64,000 nucleotides of DNA, taken from positions 3,566-67,565 of the forward strand of contig CAYMOV010000001.1 of the NCBI GenBank assembly GCA_964392085.1, read 5' to 3'. Origin of the DNA: an uncultured bacterium. GTDB lineage: Bacteria; Oederibacteriota; Muellerivitia; Muellerivitales; Muellerivitaceae. The notes under the pieces were generated by a model. It worked only from the letters and a program-made list of their open reading frames with translations, searched no databases and was not told the origin of the DNA. This document shows, piece after piece, positions 7,545 to 17,340 of the stretch. Every line of letters starts with the position of its first letter. Positions within the stretch are counted from its first letter, which is position 1. Made by a program: the position numbers and the translations under genes.

Positions 7545-10475
7545 ATGCCGTTGGATAAGATCGTCGTGCGCGGCGCGCGCGAGCATAACCTGAAGAACGT
7601 AACGGTGGAGATCCCCCGGGACCGCTTGACCGTCCTCACGGGGGTCTCGGGGTCTGGGAAATCCTCCCTGGCTTTTGACACGCTCTATGCCGAGGGTCAA
7701 CGGCGCTATGTGGAGTCCCTATCGGCTTACGCCCGGCAGTTCCTTGGACTCATGGAGAAACCCGACGTGGATTCGATCGAAGGCCTTTCACCGGCCATCG
7801 CCATCCAGCAAAAGGGGGGGAGCCGGAACCCTCGGTCGACCGTGGGCACCACCACAGAGATTTATGATTACCTCCGGCTCCTGTTCGCCCGCGCCGGTAC
7901 GCCCCATTGTCCCCAATGCGGAGCCCCCATCACCCGGCAGACCCCCCAACAAATGTCCGACCGGATCTTGGGACTTCCGGCCGGGACGAAGATCCACCTT
8001 TTGGCCCCGTTGGTTTCCGGACGTAAAGGGGAATACAGGAAGTTGTTCGACCAGGCCCGGAAGGATGGGTTCGTCCGGGTCCGTGTGGACGGGAAAATCC
8101 AGGAGATCGGTGATGAGATCCCCTTGGACAAGAACCGGAAGCACGATATCGAGGTCGTGGTGGACCGACTCGTGGTGAAACCGGACCTCCAAAAGAGGCT
8201 CGCGGAATCCTTGGAGACCGCCCTCAAGCAGGGACAAGGGGTGATCAAAGTCCTGGTCCAGGGCCCCGGTTCCCGTGAGGATGAACTTCTTTTTTCCGAA
8301 CGCTCGGCTTGCGTGGCTTGTGGGGTTTCCTTGGAGGAACCCGCCCCCCGGAACTTCTCGTTCAACAACCCCCACGGGGCCTGTCCCGCCTGCACGGGAA
8401 TGGGTTTCAAGATGGAGGTGGATGAGTCCCTGATCATCGATCCCGAGAAGTCCATTCGGACCGGGGCCGTGGAACCCTACGCGAACCCCAAGGCCGCCTA
8501 CTACCAGGGGCTCTTGGCAGGCATTTTGGGCCATTACAAATGTTCCCTCGATACGCCGTTCAAGAAACTCCCGCCGAACGTCCAAGAGGCCATCCTGAAG
8601 GGGACCACCGAGGAGATCGAGTTCCGGATCCAGAAGGGTAGCTACCAACATAAGTTCTTCGGGGGTTTTGAGGGGGTGGTGGCGAACCTGGAACGCCGGT
8701 TTCATGAGACCGATTCCGAATCGATCCGGGAGGAGATCGAGCGGTACATGGTGATGAAACCCTGCCGGGCCTGCAAGGGCGCCCGGTTAAAGCCGGAATC
8801 CCTGGCGGTGACGCTTGGCGGCAAGAACATCCTGGAGGCCACCCAATTCTCGGTGAAGGATTGTTTGTCCTTTTTCAACTCGCTCCAACTGGATACCCGA
8901 GGTCTGGCGGTCGCCGGGCCCATCTTGAAGGAGGTCCGGGCGCGCCTCGAGTTTCTGATGGATGTCGGCTTGGACTACTTGACGTTGGACCGTTTGACGG
9001 CTTCGCTCTCGGGTGGGGAGGCCCAACGGATCCACTTGGCGACCCAGATCGGGTCCGCCCTCATGGGGGTCATGTACATACTCGACGAACCTTCCATTGG
9101 CCTTCACCAGAGGGACAACGAACGGCTTTTGGCCACGCTCCGGCATCTCCGTGACATCGGCAACACCGTGGTGGTGGTGGAACACGACGAAGACACCATC
9201 GAAGCGGCGGACCATGTGGTGGACATGGGCCCGGGGGCCGGGATCCTGGGTGGGGAGGTCGTCGCGTCCGGCCCTCTCTCCAGCATCCTGGATTGCCCAG
9301 GTTCAATCACCGGGCAGTACCTTACGGGAGTCAGGAAGATCCCCGCCAACCACACACCCCGGAAAGGGAAGGGGCAGGAACTGGTGCTCCAGGGGGCCGT
9401 GAAAAACAACCTTAAGAACTTGACGGTCCGTTGGCCACTGGGCCAGTTGATTTGCGTGACGGGGGTGTCGGGTTCGGGCAAAAGCACCTTGGTGATGGAG
9501 ACCCTTTATCCCGCGGTCATCCATTCCCTCTACCGTTTGAGGATCAAACCCGACGGGTTTGACCGGATCGAAGGGGTCCAGCACCTGGATAAGGTCATCG
9601 AGATCGACCAATCCGCCATCGGCCGGACCCCCCGGTCCAACGCCGCCACCTACACGGGCGTCTTTACGCTGGTCCGGGATCTTTTCGCCGCCTTGCCGGA
9701 GTCGCGGGCCCGGGGGTACAAGGACGGCCGGTTCAGCTTCAACGTCAAGGGGGGCCGCTGCGAGGCCTGCGAGGGGGACGGGGTCCTCAAGATCGAGATG
9801 CATTTCCTGCCGGACGTGTACGTGCCCTGTGAGTCCTGCAAGGGGAAACGCTATAACCGTGAGACTTTGGAGGTCAAATACCGGGACCGAAACATCGCGG
9901 AGGTTCTTGAGATGAGCGTGGACGAATCCCGGGACTTTTTCTCGGCGATTCCCAGGATTAAAAAGATCCTGGAGACCCTTTATGACGTGGGCCTGGGCTA
10001 CCTGAAACTGGGCCAAAGCGCCACGACCCTCTCGGGGGGGGAGGCCCAAAGAATCAAACTTTCCACGGAACTAGCCCGCCGGTCCACGGGTCGAACCCTA
10101 TACATCCTGGATGAGCCCACCACAGGCCTCCATTTTGCGGATGTCGACCATTTAATCACGATCTTGAACCGCTTGGTGGACGCGGGGAATACGGTCGTGG
10201 TCATCGAGCACAATTTGGATGTGATCAAGACCGCCGACCACGTCATCGACTTGGGCCCGGAGGGCGGCGCGGAGGGTGGAAGGATCTTGGCCGCGGGTTC
10301 GATGGTCGAACTGGCCGCCCGGCGGGATTCCCATACGGGACTGTTTTTGGCCGAAAAACTGCGAAAAGACCAGTCCCGGATGGGCCGAATCCCCGAAAAG
10401 AAGGAAGAAATCCGGCCAAAGCAGTCTAAAATACGTAAGGGGAAGATTTCCCCGGCGGTGAAGTTGGTTCGTTGA
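7545..10475 (+). CDS. uvrA: Excinuclease ABC subunit A.
   Basis: MPLDKIVVRGAREHNLKNV..., two ABC ATPase modules (GVSGSGKSSL, GVSGSGKSTL), zinc-finger Cys clusters, LSGGEAQR signatures. Start chosen at the ATG at 7545. Confidence 0.95.
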   Translation: MPLDKIVVRGAREHNLKNVTVEIPRDRLTVLTGVSGSGKSSLAFDTLYAEGQRRYVESLSAYARQFLGLMEKPDVDSIEGLSPAIAIQQKGGSRNPRSTVGTTTEIYDYLRLLFARAGTPHCPQCGAPITRQTPQQMSDRILGLPAGTKIHLLAPLVSGRKGEYRKLFDQARKDGFVRVRVDGKIQEIGDEIPLDKNRKHDIEVVVDRLVVKPDLQKRLAESLETALKQGQGVIKVLVQGPGSREDELLFSERSACVACGVSLEEPAPRNFSFNNPHGACPACTGMGFKMEVDESLIIDPEKSIRTGAVEPYANPKAAYYQGLLAGILGHYKCSLDTPFKKLPPNVQEAILKGTTEEIEFRIQKGSYQHKFFGGFEGVVANLERRFHETDSESIREEIERYMVMKPCRACKGARLKPESLAVTLGGKNILEATQFSVKDCLSFFNSLQLDTRGLAVAGPILKEVRARLEFLMDVGLDYLTLDRLTASLSGGEAQRIHLATQIGSALMGVMYILDEPSIGLHQRDNERLLATLRHLRDIGNTVVVVEHDEDTIEAADHVVDMGPGAGILGGEVVASGPLSSILDCPGSITGQYLTGVRKIPANHTPRKGKGQELVLQGAVKNNLKNLTVRWPLGQLICVTGVSGSGKSTLVMETLYPAVIHSLYRLRIKPDGFDRIEGVQHLDKVIEIDQSAIGRTPRSNAATYTGVFTLVRDLFAALPESRARGYKDGRFSFNVKGGRCEACEGDGVLKIEMHFLPDVYVPCESCKGKRYNRETLEVKYRDRNIAEVLEMSVDESRDFFSAIPRIKKILETLYDVGLGYLKLGQSATTLSGGEAQRIKLSTELARRSTGRTLYILDEPTTGLHFADVDHLITILNRLVDAGNTVVVIEHNLDVIKTADHVIDLGPEGGAEGGRILAAGSMVELAARRDSHTGLFLAEKLRKDQSRMGRIPEKKEEIRPKQSKIRKGKISPAVKLVR

Positions 10476-10500
10476 CAGGGTTTTTGTCGCGGCTATAATT
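10472..10500 (+). promoter_or_regulatory. Consensus sigma70 promoter TTGACA-17-TATAAT upstream of the second barrel gene.
   Basis: TTGACA at 10472-10477 overlaps the uvrA stop. TATAAT at 10495-10500. AGGAGG RBS before the GTG at 10532. Confidence 0.55.
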
Positions 10501-10531
10501 CAGTTGAATTTCTCAAGGCCAGGAGGCCGTC

Positions 10532-11494
10532 GTGAAAATCAAGCGTTGGTTGGGCAGAACCTCCCTCGTCCTTGGGATGTTATTGGTGGGTCGGGCCGTC
10601 CAGGCCGGTGACCCCGGCACGACCGGCGCCGTGGAATTGAAGATTCCAGTGGGTCCCCGCGCCATCGCCATGGGGGGGGCATTCGGAGCCGTGGCGGATG
10701 ACGCCAACGCGATCTATTGGAACCCGGCGGGCCTTCGCCAATTGGGCGGGGTTCACCTGACGGCCCAGTACACCAACTTCATCGATACCATTAAATACAA
10801 TTATATCGCGGCCGCCATGCCCATGAGCGGCGGCAAGTACGCCTTGGGGCTCGCGGTCAAGATGCTTTCCACGGGTTCCACCGCTGAAATCAACGCCTTG
10901 GGCAATGACACGGGAGCCTCCATCAGCGAAAACTATATGGACGTCAATCTGGCGGGCGCCTTCAAGATCAACTACAACATTGATTTCGGGGTCACCGTCA
11001 AATACATCTCCAAGAGCCTCAAGAGCAGCAATTCCCAGAGTTCCTCGACCTTCGCGGGGGATTTGGGACTCCTTTATCATACCCCGGTCAAGCATTTGGT
11101 GGCGGCCTTGGTTTTTCAAAACGTCGGGCCCAGCCTTAAGTTCAACGACGCGGCCGACCATCTTCCATTTAACGTCAAGGTCGGGACGGCTTATAAGCTC
11201 TTCAACAACAATTTTACCGTGGCTTTCGACATGAACTTCCCGAACGACAACAAGCCCGCGGCCAGTTTGGGCGGCGAATATTGGTACAAGGACCGTTTGG
11301 TGGGCCGGTTCGGCTACCAATACCAGGGGGCGTTGGACCAGAATGACTTGGGCGTGGGTGGCATGGCCGGGCTGTACATGGGCGCGGGCCTGAAGTTCAA
11401 GGCTATGGGGACCACCTTAGGATTGGATTACGCTTGGTCCACCTCGGGTTTCCTCGGGACCGTGAACCGTTTCGCCCTCAACGTTTATATCTAA
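10532..11494 (+). CDS. FadL/PorV-superfamily outer-membrane beta-barrel protein (320 aa, GTG start), paralog of 317..1300.
   Basis: Signal peptide. AIAMGGAFGAVADDANAIYWNPAGL hatch motif. C-terminal GGEYWYKDRLVGRFGY block matches paralog 1. Ends in an aromatic-X-hydrophobic pattern. Confidence 0.7.
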   Translation: MKIKRWLGRTSLVLGMLLVGRAVQAGDPGTTGAVELKIPVGPRAIAMGGAFGAVADDANAIYWNPAGLRQLGGVHLTAQYTNFIDTIKYNYIAAAMPMSGGKYALGLAVKMLSTGSTAEINALGNDTGASISENYMDVNLAGAFKINYNIDFGVTVKYISKSLKSSNSQSSSTFAGDLGLLYHTPVKHLVAALVFQNVGPSLKFNDAADHLPFNVKVGTAYKLFNNNFTVAFDMNFPNDNKPAASLGGEYWYKDRLVGRFGYQYQGALDQNDLGVGGMAGLYMGAGLKFKAMGTTLGLDYAWSTSGFLGTVNRFALNVYI

Positions 11495-11564
11495 TTTAAA
11501 CGGGATCTAACCGGAGGTACTTGGGCCAGGCCAAGGATTAGCCCGGTTGATGTCCAAATTGCTT

Positions 11565-11590
11565 GAAAGGGCCCTCTTGGGCCCTTTTCA
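11565..11590 (+). terminator. Rho-independent terminator (AAGGGCCC-TCTT-GGGCCCTT then TTCA).
   Basis: 8-bp GC stem with a short T tail, read directly. Confidence 0.55.
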
Positions 11591-11625
11591 TCGGGTGGAC
11601 GGCCTTTTGGGACGGCCTCCTCGCA

Positions 11626-11653
11626 TTGACACCCCCCCCCCTTCCGCTATAAT
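11626..11653 (+). promoter_or_regulatory. Near-consensus sigma70 promoter (TTGACA, 16-nt spacer containing a C10 homopolymer, TATAAT) for the Crp/Fnr gene.
   Basis: TTGACA 11626-11631, C run 11632-11641, TATAAT 11648-11653. GAGGA RBS before the ATG at 11690. Confidence 0.5.
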
Positions 11654-11689
11654 CCAAACACCAACTTCTACACAAACCATGAGGATTCC

Positions 11690-12346
11690 ATGAGCTCCGA
11701 ACAGGAAATTTTCGAAAAATACGGTCGGGTTTATAACGCTGGCGACATCATTTTCCGGGAGGGGGATGTCGGCGTCGAGATGTACATCCTCCAAAGCGGC
11801 AAGGTCAAGATCACCAAGGTCGTCAAGGGCGGCGAGGAGAAGACCCTTGTGATCCTTGGTCCCGGTGATTTCTTTGGTGAAATGGCGGTCATTGACAAGG
11901 AACCCCGTTCGGCCAACGCGGTCGCCATGGAGCCTTCACGCCTCATCTCTTTGGATGAGGAAGTCTTTGAGATGCACATGCAGACCAACCCTAAGATCGT
12001 CAAGAAAATCCTCAAGAACCTCACCTCCCGTCTCCGGGACGCGAATCAGCAGATCGCCAACCTCATGATCCGGGACGCGAACCGCCTGGTGGCGAATACC
12101 ATCCTCCTGGTGGTCCATAAGCACGGCGATGCCGGCGCGGACGGCATCGTCATGAACATCGAGTTCACTACCCGTGAACTCGCCAAGATGTGCGGGGTCG
12201 ACTTCGACAAAACCACCGAGATCGTCGACAAGATGGCCAAGGCCCGGGTCCTTAAGCACGTCGGGGATAGTCTGGTGGTCACCAGCCTGGAAAGCCTTGA
12301 AAAATGGATCAAGTACCTCGAAATGAAGGAACAATTCGGCGAATAA
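11690..12346 (+). CDS. Crp/Fnr-family transcriptional regulator (cNMP-binding domain plus C-terminal HTH), 218 aa.
   Basis: GDFFGEMAV cNMP-binding motif. C-terminal helix-turn-helix (TTRELAKMCGVDFDKTTEIVDKMAK). Confidence 0.85.
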   Translation: MSSEQEIFEKYGRVYNAGDIIFREGDVGVEMYILQSGKVKITKVVKGGEEKTLVILGPGDFFGEMAVIDKEPRSANAVAMEPSRLISLDEEVFEMHMQTNPKIVKKILKNLTSRLRDANQQIANLMIRDANRLVANTILLVVHKHGDAGADGIVMNIEFTTRELAKMCGVDFDKTTEIVDKMAKARVLKHVGDSLVVTSLESLEKWIKYLEMKEQFGE

Positions 12347-12356
12347 GATCGGATCT

Positions 12357-12388
12357 GACCGCCCCCCGACCGGGGGGCGGTTTTTTTA
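12357..12388 (+). terminator. Rho-independent terminator after the Crp/Fnr gene.
   Basis: CCGCCCCCCG / CGGGGGGCGG stem followed by T7. Confidence 0.8.
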
Positions 12389-12474
12389 TTGGACCCCTTG
12401 CGCTTGTGAACTCCGGAATCCTTCGGTTAGAATGCGCCCGTTTCCAACCAACCTCAAGTGAACTCGACCCGACC

Positions 12475-13449
12475 GTGCAACTGACCCGAATCACCGGACC
12501 CATCCAAGATGACCTCGATCGAGTCGAGCGGACGATCGCGTCCTCACTCCGGACGGATAACCTCTTCATCCGCCAAATGGTTGAATACCTCGCCCATGGA
12601 AGCGGCAAACGCCTGCGGCCCGCTATGGCGATCCTATCCGCCAAAGCCTTTGGTGAAGTCGGCGAACCGGTCATCGCCTTAGCCGCTTCCATTGAGATGC
12701 TCCATGTCGCGACCCTCATCCATGATGACATCATCGATAACTCCCAGGTCCGCCGGAAACAAAAGACCCTCAATTTCAAGTGGGGAAACGAAATCTCGGT
12801 CTTGATGGGGGACTACGTTTTCGCATCCTCGTTTTATTTAATGGCCCAGAACCTTCCCAAGGACGTATTGGAGACCCTCTCCGACACCACGAACATCATT
12901 TGCCGGGGGGAAATCTCTGAAACCTTCCATCGTTTCAACCCGGATTTGACCGAGGACCAGTATTTCGAGGTGGTGCGGGAAAAGACCGCGAGCCTGATCG
13001 CCGCTGCCTGCCAAACCGGAGCCATGTTGGCGGGGGCCGACGGAAAGATCGTGGACGCTTTGTACCGGTTCGGCCTCGGCATCGGGATGGCTTTCCAGGT
13101 GATCGACGACGCGCTTGATTACGAGGGCCAAAAGGACTTGGTCGGGAAGCCCGTTTTGACCGATTTTAAGGAGGGCAAGTTGACCCTTCCGGTGCTCCAC
13201 CTGATGAAGTCCTGCAAAACGGCGGAACAAAAGAAAATCCGCGCCTGGATCCTCAAGAAGGTGAAGTCCGCGGCGGACCTGAAGGGTCTCACGGGACTTT
13301 TGGCGAAATATGGCTCCGTGGAATATTCCAGGAGAAGGGCCGAAGGTTTCGCCACGGAAGCCACCCAAGCCTTAGCGGTGCTCAATGGGAATCCCCTGAA
13401 AAAAGACCTTCTTCAATTCGCCGAATTCTTCGTTCGTCGTGACTACTGA
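12475..13449 (+). CDS. Polyprenyl diphosphate synthase (IspB/HepT-like trans-isoprenyl diphosphate synthase).
   Basis: Two DDxxD motifs (LIHDDIIDNS, QVIDDALDY) and a GKRLRP motif. The track start at 12304 overlaps crp and its terminator. The GTG at 12475 gives a 324-aa product typical of the family, but the start is uncertain and the GTG at 12406 is also possible. Confidence 0.75.
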   Translation: MQLTRITGPIQDDLDRVERTIASSLRTDNLFIRQMVEYLAHGSGKRLRPAMAILSAKAFGEVGEPVIALAASIEMLHVATLIHDDIIDNSQVRRKQKTLNFKWGNEISVLMGDYVFASSFYLMAQNLPKDVLETLSDTTNIICRGEISETFHRFNPDLTEDQYFEVVREKTASLIAAACQTGAMLAGADGKIVDALYRFGLGIGMAFQVIDDALDYEGQKDLVGKPVLTDFKEGKLTLPVLHLMKSCKTAEQKKIRAWILKKVKSAADLKGLTGLLAKYGSVEYSRRRAEGFATEATQALAVLNGNPLKKDLLQFAEFFVRRDY

Positions 13450-13627
13450 CGGCGGTCAGGTTTTTCGCCGTCGCCTGTAACGCGTCTCGGCCTTTCAGGG
13501 AACCATCAAGCCGGGGCGTTTTTTAGCCCCGCGGTCTTGTATCCGTTTAGGCGTTCCACTATATTGTGCCGGCTTTCAAAGACACCCCACTAAAGGTAGT
13601 TCCCGCGTCCTTTTAAGGAGTCGCGTC

Positions 13628-14008
13628 ATGTTGGAACAATACGGTTACGTCCTGGTTTTTCTTCTGGCGGGCTTTGTGTTCATCCTGGGGGCCTTCCTGA
13701 CGGGCTGGGTTTTCAGCCCCAACGGTCTCCTGGGGTTGAAACACAAGTACCGGATGGAGATCCAGGAGGACACCTATGAGTGCGGTGTGGACAGCATCGG
13801 TTCCGCTTGGATCCGGTTCAACGTAAATTTCTACCTCTACGCCCTTCTCTTCGTCCTGTTCGACATTGAGACGGTTTTCCTCTACCCCTGGGCGGTTTCA
13901 TTCCGTGCCTTGGGATGGCCGGGTTTCATTGAAGTCATCGTTTTCGTCTTGGTCCTGATGGGAGGCCTGGCCTACGCCTGGCGGAAAGGTGCCTTGAAAT
14001 GGGAATGA
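13628..14008 (+). CDS. nuoA: NADH-quinone oxidoreductase subunit A.
   Basis: 126 aa, 3 TM helices, conserved NuoA/ND3 sequence. GGAG RBS. Confidence 0.9.
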   Translation: MLEQYGYVLVFLLAGFVFILGAFLTGWVFSPNGLLGLKHKYRMEIQEDTYECGVDSIGSAWIRFNVNFYLYALLFVLFDIETVFLYPWAVSFRALGWPGFIEVIVFVLVLMGGLAYAWRKGALKWE

Positions 14009-14535
14009 CCGGGATTTCAACTGAGGAGCTCCGGGTCCTGGAGGAGCAATCCAAGGTTCCCGGTTTGTGGACCTTGGAAAAGGCCGTGGAATTCATCTTT
14101 AAGTGGGCCCGTAAAAATTCCCTTTGGCCCCTGCAATTCGGCACCGCTTGCTGCGCCCTGGAGATGATGGCCACCGCCGCCGGACGGTATGACATGGCCC
14201 GTTTTGGGGCGGAGGTTTTTCGGGCTTCCCCCCGCCAGGCTGATTTGTTGATCGCCGCCGGGACCATCACGGAAAAGATGGGTTACGCCCTCAAGCGGCT
14301 CTACGAGCAGATGCCGAAGCCTAGTTGGGTCATCGCCATGGGAAGTTGCACCATCGCGGGCGGGCCTTATTATTACGATTCCTACACGGTCGTGAAGGGG
14401 ATCGATTCCTTCATCCCGGTGGACGTTTACGTCCCTGGCTGCCCTCCCCGGCCCGAGTCGCTGATCCACGGCTTGATGGCCATCCAACGAAAAATCGAGG
14501 ACGAGCCGATTTTCCGCCGCCGTCGGTCCGAATAA
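13999..14535 (+). CDS. nuoB: NADH-quinone oxidoreductase subunit B.
   Basis: [25 protein letters not shown] and VPGCPPRPE Fe-S ligand motifs. Confidence 0.95.
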   Translation: MGMTGISTEELRVLEEQSKVPGLWTLEKAVEFIFKWARKNSLWPLQFGTACCALEMMATAAGRYDMARFGAEVFRASPRQADLLIAAGTITEKMGYALKRLYEQMPKPSWVIAMGSCTIAGGPYYYDSYTVVKGIDSFIPVDVYVPGCPPRPESLIHGLMAIQRKIEDEPIFRRRRSE

Positions 14536-14561
14536 GCCGGGAAGATCGGAGAAACGAACCC

Positions 14562-15035
14562 ATGAACCCCGAAGAACTGAAGTCTTCCTTGGAACGCGAC
14601 TTCGCCGGCTCCCTGGCATCGGTGGCGGTGACGCCCCAAAAGGAAGTCCTGGCGGTCGTGAAGGCCGAATCCTACGTGGACTTCTGCCGGTCCCTCCGGG
14701 ACCGGAAGGATTATGGCTTCGGCCACCTTTCCTGCCTGACAGCGGTGGATTACCCGGCGGCGAACAAGATCACCGTGGTCTGCCACTTTTGGTCCTACGA
14801 GCATCGGCACCAACTGACGGTCAAGTTGGATGTGGACCGTGGCCAGCCGAAAGCCCCGAGCTTGGACGGTTTGTGGAAAAGCGCCGATTGGTTCGAGAGG
14901 GAAGTGTTCGACCTTTATGGGGTGGTCTTCGAGGGGCACCCCAACCTGCGTCGAATCATGATGCCGGACGACTACAAAAAGTTCCCACTCCGCAAGGACT
15001 TCACCGATGACGGATTTATTGTTAAGCCAAATTAA
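14562..15035 (+). CDS. nuoC: NADH-quinone oxidoreductase subunit C (157 aa).
   Basis: NuoC/30-kDa subunit motifs (ADWFEREVFDLYGVVFEGHPNLRRI). Start at the ATG at 14562; the track ORF begins upstream without support. Confidence 0.9.
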   Translation: MNPEELKSSLERDFAGSLASVAVTPQKEVLAVVKAESYVDFCRSLRDRKDYGFGHLSCLTAVDYPAANKITVVCHFWSYEHRHQLTVKLDVDRGQPKAPSLDGLWKSADWFEREVFDLYGVVFEGHPNLRRIMMPDDYKKFPLRKDFTDDGFIVKPN

Positions 15036-16152
15036 GCTGGGTGACGAGTCCCCGTCGGGTACCGACGAGTACGTGGTCAACCTGGGGCCGCAGCACCCGG
15101 CCACCCACGGGGTGCTGCGGTTGGTCGTCAAACTGGACGGCGAATCGGTGATGGAAACCATCCCCGTGCTGGGCTACCTGCACCGGTCCATCGAGAAGAT
15201 CTGCGAAAACAGGACCTTTCCCCAGGGCATCACCTACACGGACCGGGTGGATTACGCCTCCGCCATGACCGTCAATCTGGCCTGGAGCCTTGCCTCCGAG
15301 CGCCTCTTGGCCATCGAGGCCCCCGTCCGGGCCCAGTGGCTCCGCATGATTTTCACCGAACTCCAACGGATCGCCAGCCACCTCCTTTGGTTCGGCGCCT
15401 TTGGGGGCGATCTGGGGGCCTTTACGCCCTTTCTCTATGGTCTCCGGGAACGGGAACGGATCCTCGACCTCTTTGAGATGACCTGCGGCCAGCGACTGAC
15501 CTACAACTACATCCGGATCGGCGGCGTCATGATCGACGTCCTCCCAGAATTCGTCCCGAAATGCCGGGCCTTCCTGGATTATTTCGAGCCCAAGATTGAC
15601 GAGTACGAAAAGCTCATGACGTACAACCCGATCTTCCTGGAGCGTACGAAAGGGGTGGGGATCATTCCCGCCGAAACGGCCGTGAATTGGGGAATCTGCG
15701 GGCCTTCCCTCCGCGGGTCGGGAGTGACCTGCGACGTAAGGAAGCAGACTCCTTACCTTTTCTATGACCAGGTAAAGTGGGAAGAACCCTTGGAGTATGG
15801 GGCGGATTGTTGGAGCCGTTATAAAGTCAGGATGAACGAGCTTCGCCAGTGCGTTTCGATCATCCGGCAAAGCCTCGATCGCCTGGAACCCGGGCCCGTG
15901 GAAGCCAAGATGCCGCCGATCCTGAAGGCGCCCAAGGATTCTGAGGTTTATTTCAGGACCGAATCCTCCCGGGGTGAGATGGGCATCTACCTGGTAGGGG
16001 ATGGGACCGCCAAACCTTGGAAGAGCAAGTTCCGAACGGCCTCCTTCAGCAACCTGGCGATCCTCGACAAGATCACCCGGGGATGGAAAGTGGCGGACAT
16101 CATGGCGGTATTGGGAAGCCTCGACATGATCGTTCCGGAAGTGGATCGGTAA
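15007..16152 (+). CDS. nuoD: NADH-quinone oxidoreductase subunit D.
   Basis: NLGPQHPATHGVLRL start and conserved 49-kDa subunit sequence throughout. Overlaps the nuoC end by 29 nt. Confidence 0.95.
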   Translation: MTDLLLSQIKLGDESPSGTDEYVVNLGPQHPATHGVLRLVVKLDGESVMETIPVLGYLHRSIEKICENRTFPQGITYTDRVDYASAMTVNLAWSLASERLLAIEAPVRAQWLRMIFTELQRIASHLLWFGAFGGDLGAFTPFLYGLRERERILDLFEMTCGQRLTYNYIRIGGVMIDVLPEFVPKCRAFLDYFEPKIDEYEKLMTYNPIFLERTKGVGIIPAETAVNWGICGPSLRGSGVTCDVRKQTPYLFYDQVKWEEPLEYGADCWSRYKVRMNELRQCVSIIRQSLDRLEPGPVEAKMPPILKAPKDSEVYFRTESSRGEMGIYLVGDGTAKPWKSKFRTASFSNLAILDKITRGWKVADIMAVLGSLDMIVPEVDR

Positions 16153-16223
16153 GTCGCGGCCCTTTGGTTGGGGGGGCGTTTCAAGTGGGTTTGGATTTCA
16201 TCCGGTGGATCAGGAGCTAACAC

Positions 16224-17312
16224 GTGAGCGGCGCTGACATCCTCATGACGGTCAAGGCACTCCTTCAACCCGTTTTCCAGGCGTTGGGGCTTTCCCCGAC
16301 CCTGCAAACCGTGGTTTACGCGGCCCTCTCCGCGGCCGTGGTCTTCAACGTGGCGGCGGGATTGACCACTTTCCTGGTCTGGATGGAGCGGAAGGTCTCC
16401 GCCCACATGCAAAGCCGCATCGGACCCAAACGGGTCGGACCTTTCGGCCTGCTCCAAACCGTTGCGGACGCCATTAAGTTGACGATCAAGGAGGATGTCC
16501 GCCCAGCACATCGGGACAAGATCCCCTATTTTTTGGCCCCCATCATCGGTTTTGTGGCGGCTTTCATGGGTCTCGTGGTCATTCCCTTCGACAGGGGTTT
16601 CGTGGTCGAGGACCTCAACGTGGGTATCCTTTACGTGGTGGCCATCACCGGCTTCAGCGTGATCGGGATCTTGATGGCGGGTTGGAGTTCCAACAACAAG
16701 TTCTCGCTTTTGGGGGGGTTCCGTTCCGCGGCCCAGATCGTCAGCTATGAAGTCCCCCTGGTGCTGTCGGTCATCCCGGTCATCATGGTGACGGGGACCC
16801 TCAGCCTCCACCACGCGGTGGAATACCAGGCGGTCAACGGCTGGTGGTTCACGAGCCTCCGCTACGCGGTCCCCATGGCCGTCGCCTTCATGGTTTTCCT
16901 GACCTCCGCGACCGCTGAGGCCAACCGGGCCCCCTTTGATATTCCCGAGGCCGAATCGGAGTTGGTGGCCGGGTTTCACACGGAATATTCGGGCGTCAAG
17001 TGGGCCATGTTCTTCCTCGGGGAGTACATCGCCGTGGTGGTGTCGTCCTGCGTGGCGGTGTCACTCTTTTTGGGAGGTTGGCTTGCGCCCCCGGGGGTGG
17101 ACGCGCTGTTTGGGATGATGCACCTACCCTTCCTGCCGGGCTACCTCTGGTTCCTCCTGAAGTTGCTAGTGATCATCTACTTCATCATGGCGTTTCGCTG
17201 GACGTTTCCCCGATTGCGGGTCGACCAACTGATGGACTTCGGCTGGAAAGTCCTGATCCCCATCGCGGTTTTAAACATCCTATTGACCGGCCTTTTGGTG
17301 TTGGGCGCCTGA
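16224..17312 (+). CDS. nuoH: NADH-quinone oxidoreductase subunit H.
   Basis: MERKVSAHMQSRIGPKRVGPFGLLQ signature, 8 TM helices. GTG start 72 nt after nuoD, so nuoEFG cannot fit between them. Confidence 0.95.
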   Translation: MSGADILMTVKALLQPVFQALGLSPTLQTVVYAALSAAVVFNVAAGLTTFLVWMERKVSAHMQSRIGPKRVGPFGLLQTVADAIKLTIKEDVRPAHRDKIPYFLAPIIGFVAAFMGLVVIPFDRGFVVEDLNVGILYVVAITGFSVIGILMAGWSSNNKFSLLGGFRSAAQIVSYEVPLVLSVIPVIMVTGTLSLHHAVEYQAVNGWWFTSLRYAVPMAVAFMVFLTSATAEANRAPFDIPEAESELVAGFHTEYSGVKWAMFFLGEYIAVVVSSCVAVSLFLGGWLAPPGVDALFGMMHLPFLPGYLWFLLKLLVIIYFIMAFRWTFPRLRVDQLMDFGWKVLIPIAVLNILLTGLLVLGA

Positions 17313-17340
17313 AATCAGCCGGTTTGGAGAGGGGGAGAAC

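Noticed and set aside
12304-12474. Polyprenyl synthase start at 12304 overlapping the crp gene.
   Set aside because: The extension runs through the crp stop and its rho-independent terminator (12357..12388). A downstream GTG gives a family-typical length.
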